A DNA stretch of 64,000 bases, taken from sequence record NZ_CP123987.1; one strand, written 5' to 3'. Origin of the DNA: a plasmid. Below are positions 1 through 10,968 of the stretch, in pieces. Position 1 is the stretch's first letter; every line of letters begins with the position of its first letter. The notes below the pieces were generated by a model. The model ran no database searches. It was not told the origin of the DNA and worked only from the letters and a program-made list of their open reading frames with translations. A program made the translations under genes and the position numbers.

Positions 1-7
1 ATTTTCA

Positions 8-508
8 TTATTTGTCTAATCTATCTAAAATTTCTTTAGCCACTTCATGATTAGTATACATCCAGAAAATGTGACCCAATACTTCTGACAAGTGTTCTTC
101 TAAAGGTTGACGTTTAGCACTTGGAATAGTCTTCATAGCTGGCATAATTACCAAGTGGAAAGCGATCCACATAGCTACACCAAATGGAATACCTTGTTTC
201 TTAGTTAACCAATTCATTTTCTTTTCCAATGCTAATGCATATGTTGTCGCAAAAGTTACTGAAAATCCAAAGTGAATTAGGAAACTAGCCCATGGCATTC
301 TATGACCAGAATATTTATAAGTTGATTGTGTTATCTCTGCCGGTACTCCCAATTGTTGTAAGAAAGTTTGTGGAGGATTAACTTCATCGCGTTCTGGAGT
401 TCTAGGTGGCATAATATTTTCCCAACCTAATTTAACTAAACCAGAAATAATCCCTGATGCAGTTCCAGCAATTAAAACATTTTTTAGACTTTTGTTCACA
501 AAAATCAC
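8..508 (-). CDS. hypothetical integral membrane protein (DUF1440-like)
   Basis: 166-aa ORF with several hydrophobic helices; no recognisable catalytic motif. Confidence 0.45.
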   Translation of the reverse strand: MIFVNKSLKNVLIAGTASGIISGLVKLGWENIMPPRTPERDEVNPPQTFLQQLGVPAEITQSTYKYSGHRMPWASFLIHFGFSVTFATTYALALEKKMNWLTKKQGIPFGVAMWIAFHLVIMPAMKTIPSAKRQPLEEHLSEVLGHIFWMYTNHEVAKEILDRLDK

Positions 509-525
509 CCCTCTTTGAATTGCTA

Positions 526-843
526 CTAGTGTATCCCTAAAGCTAACTTAGCGTATCGACTTAAACGGTCTGTCGTCCACATTGGCTCCCATACAAATTC
601 AACATCTACGTTCTTTATCTCTGGAATATCTCTCAAAGCTCTTGTAACCATATCTGCCAAAATGTTAGTAAGTGGGCAACCCATTGTAGTCAATGTCATT
701 TCTACCAAACAGATGCCATCTTCATCTAAGTCAACGTTGTAAATTAATCCTAAGTTAACAATATCTATATTCAATTCGGGATCAACCACTGTTGTTAGCT
801 TCTCTATTATATCATCTCTGACCTCTTTATTACTTCTCATACG
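526..843 (-). CDS. DUF59 / SufT-like Fe-S cluster assembly protein
   Basis: MIP18/DUF59-like sequence (…DPELNIDIVNLGLIY…GCPL…). ATG at 841-843 with an AGGAAAGGA RBS, so the 150-aa track ORF is over-extended at the 5' end. Confidence 0.55.
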   Translation of the reverse strand, partial: RMRSNKEVRDDIIEKLTTVVDPELNIDIVNLGLIYNVDLDEDGICLVEMTLTTMGCPLTNILADMVTRALRDIPEIKNVDVEFVWEPMWTTDRLSRYAKLALGIH

Positions 844-856
844 ACTTGGTCCTTTC

Positions 857-1738
857 CTATAGATTTTTACCAAAAATACGCATTCTAATTTCTTGTCCAG
901 TTGGAGTTCCTGCCAAACCACCAATTCCAGTTTCTCGTAGTGACTCTGGCATATTTTTACCGACCTTGTCCATCGCACTAATTACTTCATCTGCTGGAAT
1001 CATACTTTCGCAACCAGCCAGTGCCATGTCTGCAGATATCAAAGCATTGCTAGAACCAATAGCATTACGATTAATACAAGGCACTTCTACTAAACCTGCA
1101 ATAGGATCACATACCAAACCTAATAAATTACTAATTACAATCGCCATTGCATTAGCACTCTGTTTAGGAGTCCCGCCTGCTACTTCTACAGCCGCAGCTG
1201 CTCCCATTCCAGAAGCACTACCTACTTCAGCTTGGCAACCACCTGTAGCACCTGCAATGCAAGCATTGTTAGCAATAACCATTCCAAATCCACCAGCAGT
1301 AAATAAAAATCTCACCATTTGTTCTTCATCTAATCCCAACCTCTTTTCAAGAGTAAATAATACTCCTGGAAGAGTACCTGAAGATCCTGCTGTTGGAGTT
1401 GCACATATAACTCCCATCGCTGCATTAACTTCATTTGTAGCAATGGCTGATTGTACTGCTGACATTATCATATCTCCAGATAATGTTTTGTGAGATTTTC
1501 GATAATCTTTTATTTTTACAGCATCACCACCTGTTAATCCTGTTTTAGAGTGTACTCCAATTCCATGGGCACCCCGACTAACTGCTAATCTCATAGTGTC
1601 TAAATTATGTTTCATTTTTCTCCATACATCATTTCTGGAAACGTTCATATCGTTACACTCAGCTTGAATAACCAATTCAGATATTGGTAAGTTTTTAATT
1701 GTAGCATCGCTAACTAATTCTTCTATACTTGCATACAT
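857..1738 (-). CDS. sdaAA: L-serine dehydratase, iron-sulfur-dependent, alpha subunit
   Basis: 293 aa; typical SdaA alpha-chain glycine/cysteine-rich motifs (…GMVIANNACIAGATGGCQAEVGSASGM…). Confidence 0.85.
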   Translation of the reverse strand: MYASIEELVSDATIKNLPISELVIQAECNDMNVSRNDVWRKMKHNLDTMRLAVSRGAHGIGVHSKTGLTGGDAVKIKDYRKSHKTLSGDMIMSAVQSAIATNEVNAAMGVICATPTAGSSGTLPGVLFTLEKRLGLDEEQMVRFLFTAGGFGMVIANNACIAGATGGCQAEVGSASGMGAAAAVEVAGGTPKQSANAMAIVISNLLGLVCDPIAGLVEVPCINRNAIGSSNALISADMALAGCESMIPADEVISAMDKVGKNMPESLRETGIGGLAGTPTGQEIRMRIFGKNL

Positions 1739-1750
1739 TTTAAATTCCTC

Positions 1751-2413
1751 TTATAGACAGATGATATTTTCATATTTATTAACAAAAAATCCTCTTATTC
1801 CTTCTTGTAATTGTTGTTTCAAATCAAATTCATATATTGTATATTCATTATTTTTTAAAACTTGTTTCTTATCAAATGGAGCTAACCTATTCAAGTCCTC
1901 AATAAGTGATATTCCGTTATTCCTTTCTGTATTGGTGGTTACGTAAAGTATAATTGATAGTGGTCCGGTTGGTTTAATATCTATTCCATGAAGTCTAATA
2001 TTACGAATCTCTATGGTTCCTCCACCAATGGAACAACCTGAAATTTGCACCCTTTTATCTCCACCAATCAAATCTAAAACTGCAGTATTAGGATGATGAA
2101 TAGGACTTTCACCGCTCTCTTCTACAAACCTAATATCTATTCCTTGTTCTCTAGCAATTTGTCTAGAATTAGGAACTCGTGGATCTGATGCATCAAATCC
2201 TAAAACTCCTGCTGCAATTGCGTAATCTGTTCCATGACCGCGATGCGTCTTAGCAAATGAACCATAGTAATGTACGATTACTCTTTCAGGAATTCCGCCA
2301 AATAAATCATTAGCTGCCCTTCCAATTGCAACCGCACCAGCAGTATGAGAACTTGAAGGACCTATCATGATCGGTCCAATAATATCAAAAACACTTCTAT
2401 ATATATTACTCAA
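1751..2413 (-). CDS. sdaAB: L-serine dehydratase, iron-sulfur-dependent, beta subunit
   Basis: 220 aa; N-terminal IIGPSSSHTAG motif of the SdaA beta chain plus a C-terminal ACT-like region; immediately upstream of sdaAA on the same strand. Confidence 0.85.
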   Translation of the reverse strand: MSNIYRSVFDIIGPIMIGPSSSHTAGAVAIGRAANDLFGGIPERVIVHYYGSFAKTHRGHGTDYAIAAGVLGFDASDPRVPNSRQIAREQGIDIRFVEESGESPIHHPNTAVLDLIGGDKRVQISGCSIGGGTIEIRNIRLHGIDIKPTGPLSIILYVTTNTERNNGISLIEDLNRLAPFDKKQVLKNNEYTIYEFDLKQQLQEGIRGFFVNKYENIICL

Positions 2414-2529
2414 ACCGAGTACCTACTTTCACTAGGATATTTGTCTACATTATTATAGCACACTGTTTAAAATATCACTTTTAATTATTTTTATATTTTT
2501 CACAAGTAATATATAATTTTTACCTACTT

Positions 2530-3340
2530 AAATCATAACCACCCGTAAAACGGGTGGTTTGCTCCACGGCTATAAGCCGTTAAGAACAGCCAGCGTCTCA
2601 AGGCGCTGGCTTTCTCTTCGTTCAAGCCAAATTGCTATGATTTCTTTGCCACCACTTTAAGTGGTATTAGTATCACTTTAACTTATTACCCTTAAAAGGG
2701 TCTGAATATTCTTTAGTTGTCAATTTATCTATCGATAAATCATGTTTTTCTTGATCTCTTATATATTTTCGAATTGTTTGTTCATTCAATCCTACTGTAC
2801 TAACATAATACCCTTCAGACCAAAAATGTCTATTTCCAAATTTGTACTTTAAATTCGCATGTCTATCAAACATCATCAATGCACTTTCCCCCTTTAAGTA
2901 TCCCATAAAACTTGATACACTCTGCTTTGGGGGAATACTTACTAAAAGATGTACATGATCTGGCATCATATGTCCTTCTATAATTTTTACTCCTTTATAT
3001 TGACATAATAACTTTATAATCTCTATTAAATCTTTTCGGTATTGATAATATATTATTTTACGTCTATACTTTGGAGTGAATACGATATGGTATTTACATA
3101 ACCATTTTGTATGGGCTAAACTATTTAGTTTATTAGCCATTTCAAATTATCTCTTTTCTTTTTTATTTTTTGGCCTGAACAACTTAATCTTAAAACCAAA
3201 AGAGTAATTTGTATATAATACTTCATTTTCCACTCGCATAGCGAGTGGTTTTTTGTTTCGTACGCTTTAGCGTACTCAACCAGGTCTAAAGACATAATAA
3301 AAATTGCTGGTAACTTATTAAAAATTACCAGCAATTGTCA
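2530..3340 (-). mobile_element. IS200/IS605-family insertion sequence (Y1 HUH transposase flanked by subterminal hairpins)
   Basis: Clusters of perfect hairpins on both sides of tnpA: 2539-2557 ccacccgtaaaacgggtgg, 2565-2580, 2587-2611, 2648-2665; and 3231-3249 ccactcgcatagcgagtgg, 3259-3276, 3304-3334. Confidence 0.75.
2673..3140 (-). CDS. tnpA: IS200/IS605 family transposase TnpA (HUH Y1)
   Basis: 155 aa with the HVHLLVSIPP (HuH) motif and overall IS200-like sequence. Confidence 0.85.
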   Translation of the reverse strand: MANKLNSLAHTKWLCKYHIVFTPKYRRKIIYYQYRKDLIEIIKLLCQYKGVKIIEGHMMPDHVHLLVSIPPKQSVSSFMGYLKGESALMMFDRHANLKYKFGNRHFWSEGYYVSTVGLNEQTIRKYIRDQEKHDLSIDKLTTKEYSDPFKGNKLK

Positions 3341-3354
3341 CATTCAAATTGTAA

Positions 3355-4860
3355 TTATTTTTTAGTATACTCTACATCGATAGTTCTAACTGTTAATCCT
3401 GTTACATCTTTTCTATATTGTGGTGTAACTAGACCTACAAGATAACTTACTACAAATGAAGTCAAGAAAGATACACTACTTGTAATGAATGGAGAAATAT
3501 TCAAGGATTGTACGTAGTATGTTAAACCAGCTGCAACAATCAAAGCAATTACAGCACTAACAGTATTTGCTTTTTCTGTAAAAATACCTGCAGCGAAAAT
3601 ACCTGCAATAAAAACACCAAATAACCCAGTTACTGCTAAGAATAAGTTCCATGTTTCTGAAGTATTACCAACTAATAAATAAATAGCAACTGCTAAACTA
3701 AATAAACCAGAAATTATAATAATCCAACGAGCTAATGCAACATCACTAACGTTCTTAAATTTATCATTAAAAAATCTTTGTTTAAAGTCAACAATGCCAC
3801 AAGAAGAGATAGCATTCAAACTAGAAGCAATAGTTGATTGAGCAGCAGCAAAAATAGCAGCAATAACTAATCCAGCAATACCAGCAGGAAGTTTGGTTAC
3901 AATGAAGTATGGTACAACTGCACTTGTATTAAATCCTTTTGGTAACATTGCTGCGTGGTTGTAGAAACTAAATAGAACTGTACCCATTCCATAAAAAATA
4001 GGAATTGTGATAAATGCTAAAATACCATTTGTCCAAAGAGATTTTTTTGTTTCTTCCATTGTTGCTGTTGTTTGATAACGTTGTACAACATCTTGACTAC
4101 CAGTGTATTGATACAAACTATTAAAGAATTGACCTGCAAATATCAAGGGTAAGAATTTGGATAAGTCACTTATTTTCATATCAAATCCAGAAATTAATTT
4201 ATGATGTGTAATTGCATCAGAAGCTACAGTAGCCCAGCCCCCATCAATATAATGTGCACCTAAAATAATAACTAATAAGGCACCACCAAGTAGTAAAATG
4301 CCTTGGATAACATCTGACCAAATAACCCCTTCAATACCACCAAGGAATGTGTAAATGATACATAATCCACCAACAAATAATGCAATGATAATTGGATTAA
4401 TATCAGAAACAGATGTAATTGCAATTATAGGTAGGTAAATAACAATAGCTACTCGAGCAATATGATAAAGCATAAATAGTAAGCTACCTAAGATTCTCAT
4501 TACTGGACCAAATCTTTCTTCTAAATATCCATAAGCTGTTGGAACTTTTAATTTTCTAAAAAATGGAACATAATATTTAACCAAAATTGGAATAATAGCA
4601 ATAATTGCTAGATTACCAATTGAGTATGCCCAGTCGTTTAAGAAAGCTTGTTCAGGAGTAGACATAAATGTTATTGCGCTTAAAGTTGTTGCATATATAC
4701 TAAATCCTGCGGCCCAAGCTGGAATTTTACCTTCGGCTGTAAAAAATGAATCTGTATTCTTACTTGCTTTTTTAGTAAAATATGCACCGACAGCTAACAT
4801 TGCTAATAAATATAGAACTAGAACAATCCAATTAAGAGTACCAAAACCTACTTTTTCCAT
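3355..4860 (-). CDS. sodium:solute symporter (SSS family), possible sialic acid transporter
   Basis: 501 aa polytopic SSS-family sequence; in the same neighbourhood as the nanK/nanA/nanE/nanR genes. Confidence 0.75.
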   Translation of the reverse strand: MEKVGFGTLNWIVLVLYLLAMLAVGAYFTKKASKNTDSFFTAEGKIPAWAAGFSIYATTLSAITFMSTPEQAFLNDWAYSIGNLAIIAIIPILVKYYVPFFRKLKVPTAYGYLEERFGPVMRILGSLLFMLYHIARVAIVIYLPIIAITSVSDINPIIIALFVGGLCIIYTFLGGIEGVIWSDVIQGILLLGGALLVIILGAHYIDGGWATVASDAITHHKLISGFDMKISDLSKFLPLIFAGQFFNSLYQYTGSQDVVQRYQTTATMEETKKSLWTNGILAFITIPIFYGMGTVLFSFYNHAAMLPKGFNTSAVVPYFIVTKLPAGIAGLVIAAIFAAAQSTIASSLNAISSCGIVDFKQRFFNDKFKNVSDVALARWIIIISGLFSLAVAIYLLVGNTSETWNLFLAVTGLFGVFIAGIFAAGIFTEKANTVSAVIALIVAAGLTYYVQSLNISPFITSSVSFLTSFVVSYLVGLVTPQYRKDVTGLTVRTIDVEYTKK

Positions 4861-4877
4861 TTTGTTTCACCTCATAA

Positions 4878-6068
4878 TTAATTAATTTGCTTCTTCGTGT
4901 AAATATCTTCTCTTTCTGTTCTTTGTATATAAAATTTTAAAATTAATGGTGCAATCAAAGTTGTAATTACAGTCACAATTATCATGGCAGTATAGTGATT
5001 CTGATCAACCACATGTGCATTCAATGCCACATTTGCTACAACTAATGCCATTTCTCCACGTGATACCATCCCTGCACCTACAACATTCGATTCATCCCAA
5101 GTTAGACCAAAAGCTTTTGCTCCAAGCCCACAACCTATTTGTTTTCCAAGAATTGCTATAATAATTAACAATATTATAAAGAAAATATCATTTTTCATTC
5201 CTTTAAAACTAATACTCAATCCAATACTTACAAAAAATACTGGTATAAATACAGCATATCCTATAGGCTCTACCTTCAGTGACAGTTTCTCTTTAAATTT
5301 CGTTTCAGAAATTGCTAGCCCTGCAAAGTACGCACCTAAAACATCACTCATTCCCATGGATACAGCTAAAGCAGCAAAACCAAAACATAAAATGATCGCT
5401 GCAGTTGTATCGTTTTCGCTTGCGTTCAATTTACTAAAAATTTCTAGAAATCTAGGAACAAACCATTTCCCTACAAAGAATGCGATTACAAAAAATAGCA
5501 TCTTTGGACCAATTAATTTTAATAATGTTATTCCCGATGCTCCATTACTTCCAACAAAACTAATACACAACCCTAATAAAATAACACAAATAATATCATC
5601 AGCTACTGCAGCACCTAGAATCATTGCACCTTCTTTACTATTCATACGATTCATCTCTCTAAGTACTTGAACTGTAATACTCACAGAAGTTGCACTTAAA
5701 ACTAATCCAATAAATAATGCGGTTTCCCAAGAAAAACCAAATACTAATGCACATAAAAGCGCTGCACTCCCAGTCGGAACAATTACACCTAATATTGCAA
5801 TTGTCACAGATGGTTTCCAATACTTCATCAACATCTGTAAATTTCCTTCCAAGCCCGCGATAAACATTAGGATAATTACTCCTAGTTCTGAAAAATAGTG
5901 AACCAAATTAGTTGGGGTTAAAATCCCAAGCACTGCAGGTCCCGCAATAATTCCTACTAATAATTCTCCGATAACACTCGGAAAATTGAATACATTAGAC
6001 ACATGAGCCCCTATTTTGGTCAAAAGTAGTATTATAAATAATTCAATGAGATACGTCATTGATAACAC
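4878..6068 (-). CDS. cation:proton antiporter (CPA2/NapA-like)
   Basis: 396 aa polytopic membrane protein with Na+/H+ exchanger family features. Confidence 0.65.
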   Translation of the reverse strand: MLSMTYLIELFIILLLTKIGAHVSNVFNFPSVIGELLVGIIAGPAVLGILTPTNLVHYFSELGVIILMFIAGLEGNLQMLMKYWKPSVTIAILGVIVPTGSAALLCALVFGFSWETALFIGLVLSATSVSITVQVLREMNRMNSKEGAMILGAAVADDIICVILLGLCISFVGSNGASGITLLKLIGPKMLFFVIAFFVGKWFVPRFLEIFSKLNASENDTTAAIILCFGFAALAVSMGMSDVLGAYFAGLAISETKFKEKLSLKVEPIGYAVFIPVFFVSIGLSISFKGMKNDIFFIILLIIIAILGKQIGCGLGAKAFGLTWDESNVVGAGMVSRGEMALVVANVALNAHVVDQNHYTAMIIVTVITTLIAPLILKFYIQRTEREDIYTKKQIN

Positions 6069-6800
6069 CTACCGTTTCATCAGTACATCCTCTACCTTCT
6101 TCATTTCATCAATTATTTTATTCTCATCAATTCCATACTCTAGAAATACTGGTATATTTTCACCTAGTTTATTTAACATATATCTCCAATCTGTATCTCC
6201 ATTATTTAACATCATCGTATTTTTGCTTTTAATATCTTTTAAATGAAATACAGAAATATTTTCTCTCAATTCATCAAAAGCAACATGAGGGTTTTCATTT
6301 ATCCAATACCAATTTCCAGAATCAAATGTATACCCTAATTTAATGTGATTATCATTCAAATAATTAAGTGCTTTTTTCATTTCTACTAAGGAACCATTAT
6401 CATTAGGTTGATTTTCAATAGTCACATTTACAGATGTATTATTTAAAATATCATTTAATTCATTAATATCTGTATTTTTAACATTTATATGACCTAAACT
6501 GTATTTTAAGTTTGAAACATTATATTTTTCTGCTAATGCAATTTTATTTTCTATATCTTGATTGAAACCATCTGAATTAAATAATTCTTGTGGAACGGAG
6601 TAAAATAATTTCCATCTATTCTTTTCACATAAATTAGAAATTTCTTCTAATTCTTCTTCAACTCTTTCTTCATCAAAAAATTCTCCACGTACTTCAATAC
6701 TATCTATTATTTTATCTGGTAATCTTTCTAAACATTCTAACTGACTTTTACCTTTTTTTATTTCATCTTCGAAAACAGCTGTGTTTATAGATAAATGCAT
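6069..6800 (-). CDS. sugar-phosphate isomerase/epimerase-like TIM-barrel protein
   Basis: 243 aa; weak resemblance to the xylose-isomerase-like TIM barrel family; located in the nan region. Confidence 0.4.
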   Translation of the reverse strand: MHLSINTAVFEDEIKKGKSQLECLERLPDKIIDSIEVRGEFFDEERVEEELEEISNLCEKNRWKLFYSVPQELFNSDGFNQDIENKIALAEKYNVSNLKYSLGHINVKNTDINELNDILNNTSVNVTIENQPNDNGSLVEMKKALNYLNDNHIKLGYTFDSGNWYWINENPHVAFDELRENISVFHLKDIKSKNTMMLNNGDTDWRYMLNKLGENIPVFLEYGIDENKIIDEMKKVEDVLMKR

Positions 6801-7095
6801 TTATATCCAACCGCCTTTCTTAATATTAACCCGGTGCAGTATTATATCCGAAGGTAGCACGTTTAAATAAAACGTTTTCATAAAACAACATTATTATATA
6901 AAAAGAAAATAAATATTTCAACACTTAAAAAAGATATTTATTTTCAAAACAAGGTTATAATTCTCTTATATCAGCATTTTATAGAAAGTAAATTTTTTTA
7001 TTTTGATAAAAGTAAAAATATAATATCTGTAAAATAAAGAAAGCTAAGAATCACGTTAAATTAGTGTAATTCTTAGCTTTCATCTTTATTTACTT

Positions 7096-7533
7096 CTAAA
7101 AATTAAATTCTGGAAACCATATTTTAATTTCACGTTGCGCACTTTCTACACTATCTGATGTATGCACCACGTTTTGGATATGTTTATAAGGCCATTCTCG
7201 CCCATAATCTCCACGGATAGTTCCAAATTCAGCTTCTCCTGGATTTGTATTACCAGCCATTCGATGCATTGCTTTAGTAATATTTGTACCTGCCGCAACT
7301 ATCCCCACAATTGGACCTGATTGCATGTAAGATAACATATCTGGAAAATATGGTTTGTCAACCTTATCATTGTAATGTTGTTTTAATTGATCCTCTGTAG
7401 CTGATACAACCTTTAAAGCTTCAATTTCATATCCTTTGCGCTCAATTCTAGTGATAATTTCACCTACATGACGACTTGAAACTCCATCTGGTTTAACTAA
7501 GATAAGTGTTCTTTCTTCTGCCAAATTTGTCAC
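7096..7533 (-). CDS. ndk: nucleoside diphosphate kinase
   Basis: 145 aa; LILVKPDGV…NVVHTSDS motifs of NDK with the active-site His. Confidence 0.85.
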   Translation of the reverse strand: MTNLAEERTLILVKPDGVSSRHVGEIITRIERKGYEIEALKVVSATEDQLKQHYNDKVDKPYFPDMLSYMQSGPIVGIVAAGTNITKAMHRMAGNTNPGEAEFGTIRGDYGREWPYKHIQNVVHTSDSVESAQREIKIWFPEFNF

Positions 7534-7617
7534 TTCTCTTTCTCTTCTCGTTAAATTTACCTATCATTACCTATAAGTATAATCTAACACTAATGAATAC
7601 TCAACAAATTTTTTTAT

Positions 7618-8481
7618 TTATATATTTACTAGCTCAGCAATTCCACCTAAAAGTTGTGCTTTATTTGCTAAATGACTAACCTTAATTTGTGTCTGTATCA
7701 ATCCTTTAGGAACATATTCTTCAAGATGTCTTTCTACTAAATCAACTAGATATTCTCCTTGTTTAGCAACTGCTCCACCTAATAAGATAAGTTCAGGATC
7801 AAATAACAAAATAATTTCTGCCACACCTCGTGCTACTTCATCTCCCCAATCTTCAATAATCTTTTCAAATCTTTCATCACCAGCTTTAGCTTTTTCAAAA
7901 GCATCAATTACAGATATATCAAATTTTTTCAAGTAAGCTTCTAGACTTAAAGTAGCTGCTCTTTTCTGATAGTCTGTTTTAGTATTTTTATCATAAAGAG
8001 TATAACCAATAGAATTAGCACCAGCATGAGCACCAGAAAATAATTTCCCTTCATAAAAATATGCACCACCTATACCAGTACCTAACGCTATACAATAAAC
8101 ATTGTCACTGCCTTTCGCACCACCAGCTAAACGTTCTCCTAATAAAGCAGCATCTACATCATTAACTACTGATACTGGTAATCCAGATAATTCCTCTAAC
8201 TCCTTCTTTATAGGTGTTCCTATATATCCTGGGATTGTTGGACCAGCATATTGAATTTCACCATTTTTACCAACAATACCAGCTGTACTAACACCAATTC
8301 CTAGTAAAGTGTAAGAATTCATCATTTCTTCAGTAATTTTCTTTAGGCTTTTTAAAATATGACCATCTTTATTTTCTAAAGTTGGACAACTACTACTTTC
8401 GATAATATTTAATTCAGAATCAATCAAGCCATATTTAATGGTAGTACCACCTACATCAAAACCTAAATAATATTTTTTCAT
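7618..8481 (-). CDS. nanK: ROK-family sugar kinase, probable N-acetylmannosamine kinase
   Basis: 287 aa; DVGGT N-terminal ATP motif and ROK signature; divergent from nanA. Confidence 0.7.
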   Translation of the reverse strand: MKKYYLGFDVGGTTIKYGLIDSELNIIESSSCPTLENKDGHILKSLKKITEEMMNSYTLLGIGVSTAGIVGKNGEIQYAGPTIPGYIGTPIKKELEELSGLPVSVVNDVDAALLGERLAGGAKGSDNVYCIALGTGIGGAYFYEGKLFSGAHAGANSIGYTLYDKNTKTDYQKRAATLSLEAYLKKFDISVIDAFEKAKAGDERFEKIIEDWGDEVARGVAEIILLFDPELILLGGAVAKQGEYLVDLVERHLEEYVPKGLIQTQIKVSHLANKAQLLGGIAELVNI

Positions 8482-8670
8482 TTGATTACCTTCTTTCTAA
8501 AGGAATTTATTATAACCGCTTTCAATATAGCATAAGATACTTTTTTTCTCAAATTAATTTTATAAAAATAATTATCACATTGATATAACAACGTTTACAG
8601 CTAATTATGATAATTATTATCTAAATATGTTGTTGAAATAATTTTTTTCGTATTGTATAGTATAAACGAA

Positions 8671-8686
8671 GGTAGTTAAAGCGTTA
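8671..8686 (+). promoter_or_regulatory. candidate cre (CcpA) operator upstream of nanA
   Basis: TTAAAGCGTTATCA matches the cre consensus TGWAANCGNTNWCA at 13 of 14 positions; about 30 bp upstream of the nanA ATG. Confidence 0.35.
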
Positions 8687-9010
8687 TCAAAAATGAATTG
8701 TGAGGTAATAGATTATGAAAAAACTTTATTCTGCTCTTATGACTGCATTTAACGAAGATGGTTCTGTTAACTTAGACGGTGTTCGTGAAATGGTTCGTTA
8801 CAATATTGATGTAAATCATATCGATGGACTTTATGTAGGTGGTAGTACTGGTGAAACTTTCATGCTTAGTACAGAAGAAAAAAAGAGTATCTTCAAGGTT
8901 GCTTATGAAGAAGCTGCTGGCAAAACACATCTTATTGTAAACACACTATAGTGTGACATTACAGATAAAAAGGCCCTCAAAATCACATTTTCCTAGTGAT
9001 TTTGAGGGCC

Positions 9011-10537
9011 TTACTTTGTACAAATTTCTTTAACTTTAGAATTCCATGGCAAATAAGCTCCAACCTTGACATTTTCTCGTTTTTCTAATAGTGAGAAAAT
9101 GTAGTTGAAATACTTGAATATATCTAAGCCATTCAACTTGGCTGTTTGAACTAAACTATAAAATATTGCACTAGCTTTGGCACCATCAACGCTTCTCGCA
9201 AACAATGAGTTCTTACGAACTAAGGTAGATAGCCTAATCACTTGTTCTATCGGATTGTTTGATAGAGGGAGTTCGCCAATTTTATATATATTTTCTAATC
9301 TAGGCTGAAATTTTTTGGCATATTCAACAGCTTTCTTTAATTTACTGCTAGGATTAGGGATAGTATCCAGAAAATCGTAGAATTCATCAACATATTTTTT
9401 CAAATGAAGCTTCCGCTTCAGTACTTTTTCTTCTGCATTTTGATACTCAAGCTTCTTTTCTTCTTTAAAAATACGATTTAATAATTCTACCGCTCTTACT
9501 GCATATGATCCTCTTCCTTGTTTTAAAGATTTGACTATTTCCACAAAATGTCTGCGTATATGCACCAAACAGCTACCATATGTAATTTGTGGATACATTT
9601 CACTGCTATAGGCATTATAACCATCACACATAATTGCTCCAGTGTAAGCTCCAACCAGATTAGAAATATTTTCTTGCTTTCGGCTACTAGAGTAATTAAA
9701 CACCACTATTTGATGATTTGAAAATTCTTCTGTCGTTCTCATTACCCAAAAATACGATTTACTTCGATTCTTTTCTTCCAACACCTGAAAAGGAGTTTCG
9801 TCCATATGAATAACCGGATTTTTCAATAAAATCTTAGTAAGTTCATCGTGAACCGTTTCTAACTGTTCACTCAATTTAATGATGGCACGTGCCATATGCT
9901 TTGTATCTATTGGTAAGCCAATATGTTTAAAATATATTGCTTGTCTATTCAATGGTACAGCCATTAAATATTTAGAAGTAACTACTTGAGCCAATACACT
10001 ACTGGAAAAATAACTATGTGGAAAAATAGGACTAGTAGGTACTTTACCGGCAACTATTTTATCGCCACCTTTTGGGTGGCAATTTTCACATTTATAGGTT
10101 TGCTGATAATGATTACGACAAAAAAGCTCAGGTTGTTTCAAGCCTACCTCTCGATAAACACATTTTTTGCCAATTAGAGTGAGTTTTTCATGACAATCAG
10201 CACAATTTTTTTGTTCAAGATCATGAACGACATCTACTTGTACTAAAGTATCAAGAAACTCAGCTCGTTGACCACGTGGTTTAACTTTTCGGTGGCAAAC
10301 TACTCTAAGCTCTACTTCAACTTCTTCATTTTCTTTAGATGAAATATCAGAATCTATATCTAATTCTTCTAATTCAGCCTCTGAAAAAAATGAAAGTTGA
10401 TTTTTATCTAATTTTTCCGTTTTTTTTCCAAAAATACGGGCATTGAGAAGCTTAATAGTTTCAGACAATTCTTCAATCTTTTTATGAAGTTGTTGATTTT
10501 CCTTTTCAAGCTCCTCTATTCTTTTGTCTTTATCCAT
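9011..10537 (-). CDS. tnpC: IS66 family transposase TnpC
   Basis: 508 aa with a leucine-zipper N-terminus, a Cys-rich Zn-finger region and a DDE domain. Confidence 0.85.
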   Translation of the reverse strand: MDKDKRIEELEKENQQLHKKIEELSETIKLLNARIFGKKTEKLDKNQLSFFSEAELEELDIDSDISSKENEEVEVELRVVCHRKVKPRGQRAEFLDTLVQVDVVHDLEQKNCADCHEKLTLIGKKCVYREVGLKQPELFCRNHYQQTYKCENCHPKGGDKIVAGKVPTSPIFPHSYFSSSVLAQVVTSKYLMAVPLNRQAIYFKHIGLPIDTKHMARAIIKLSEQLETVHDELTKILLKNPVIHMDETPFQVLEEKNRSKSYFWVMRTTEEFSNHQIVVFNYSSSRKQENISNLVGAYTGAIMCDGYNAYSSEMYPQITYGSCLVHIRRHFVEIVKSLKQGRGSYAVRAVELLNRIFKEEKKLEYQNAEEKVLKRKLHLKKYVDEFYDFLDTIPNPSSKLKKAVEYAKKFQPRLENIYKIGELPLSNNPIEQVIRLSTLVRKNSLFARSVDGAKASAIFYSLVQTAKLNGLDIFKYFNYIFSLLEKRENVKVGAYLPWNSKVKEICTK

Positions 10538-10611
10538 AGTTCGCCACCTCCTCTTTTAAGATTATGCTTAAAAGCATACCAGTAGGCAGCGTTTTTAGTA
10601 AAGAAAAATTT

Positions 10612-10968
10612 TTAATAAAATGCACCTTTTGGTGCTAAATGTACTTTGGGTTGTGGTAAAGGATTAAGTCCACTTAAAAGTAAGTCAATTTGTTGGTTAT
10701 CTAATTCTTTAACTTCTTCACTAGTTTTCGGCCAAGTTAAATTACCATTTTCGAAACGTTTATAGAGTAGTATAAAACCTTCACCATCCCAATAAAGAGC
10801 TTTAAATCTGTCGTTTCTTCGACCACAGAACAAGAAGATTGAATCATTATAAAGATTCATACCAAAATTATCGGCAATTAAAATTGCCAGTGTATCGATT
10901 CCTTTACGTAAATCAGTGTTGCCACAAACAATATATACATGTTTAGGAGAGTGATAATTAACTAACAT
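10612..10968 (-). CDS. tnpB: IS66 family accessory protein TnpB (Orf2)
   Basis: 118 aa, typical IS66 Orf2. Confidence 0.8.
   Translation of the reverse strand: MLVNYHSPKHVYIVCGNTDLRKGIDTLAILIADNFGMNLYNDSIFLFCGRRNDRFKALYWDGEGFILLYKRFENGNLTWPKTSEEVKELDNQQIDLLLSGLNPLPQPKVHLAPKGAFY

Noticed and set aside
846-1493. 215-aa plus-strand ORF
   Set aside because: Entirely antisense to the well-supported sdaAA gene; low-complexity Ala/Pro-rich translation, typical of a shadow ORF
5356-5670. 104-aa plus-strand ORF
   Set aside because: Antisense within the cation antiporter gene
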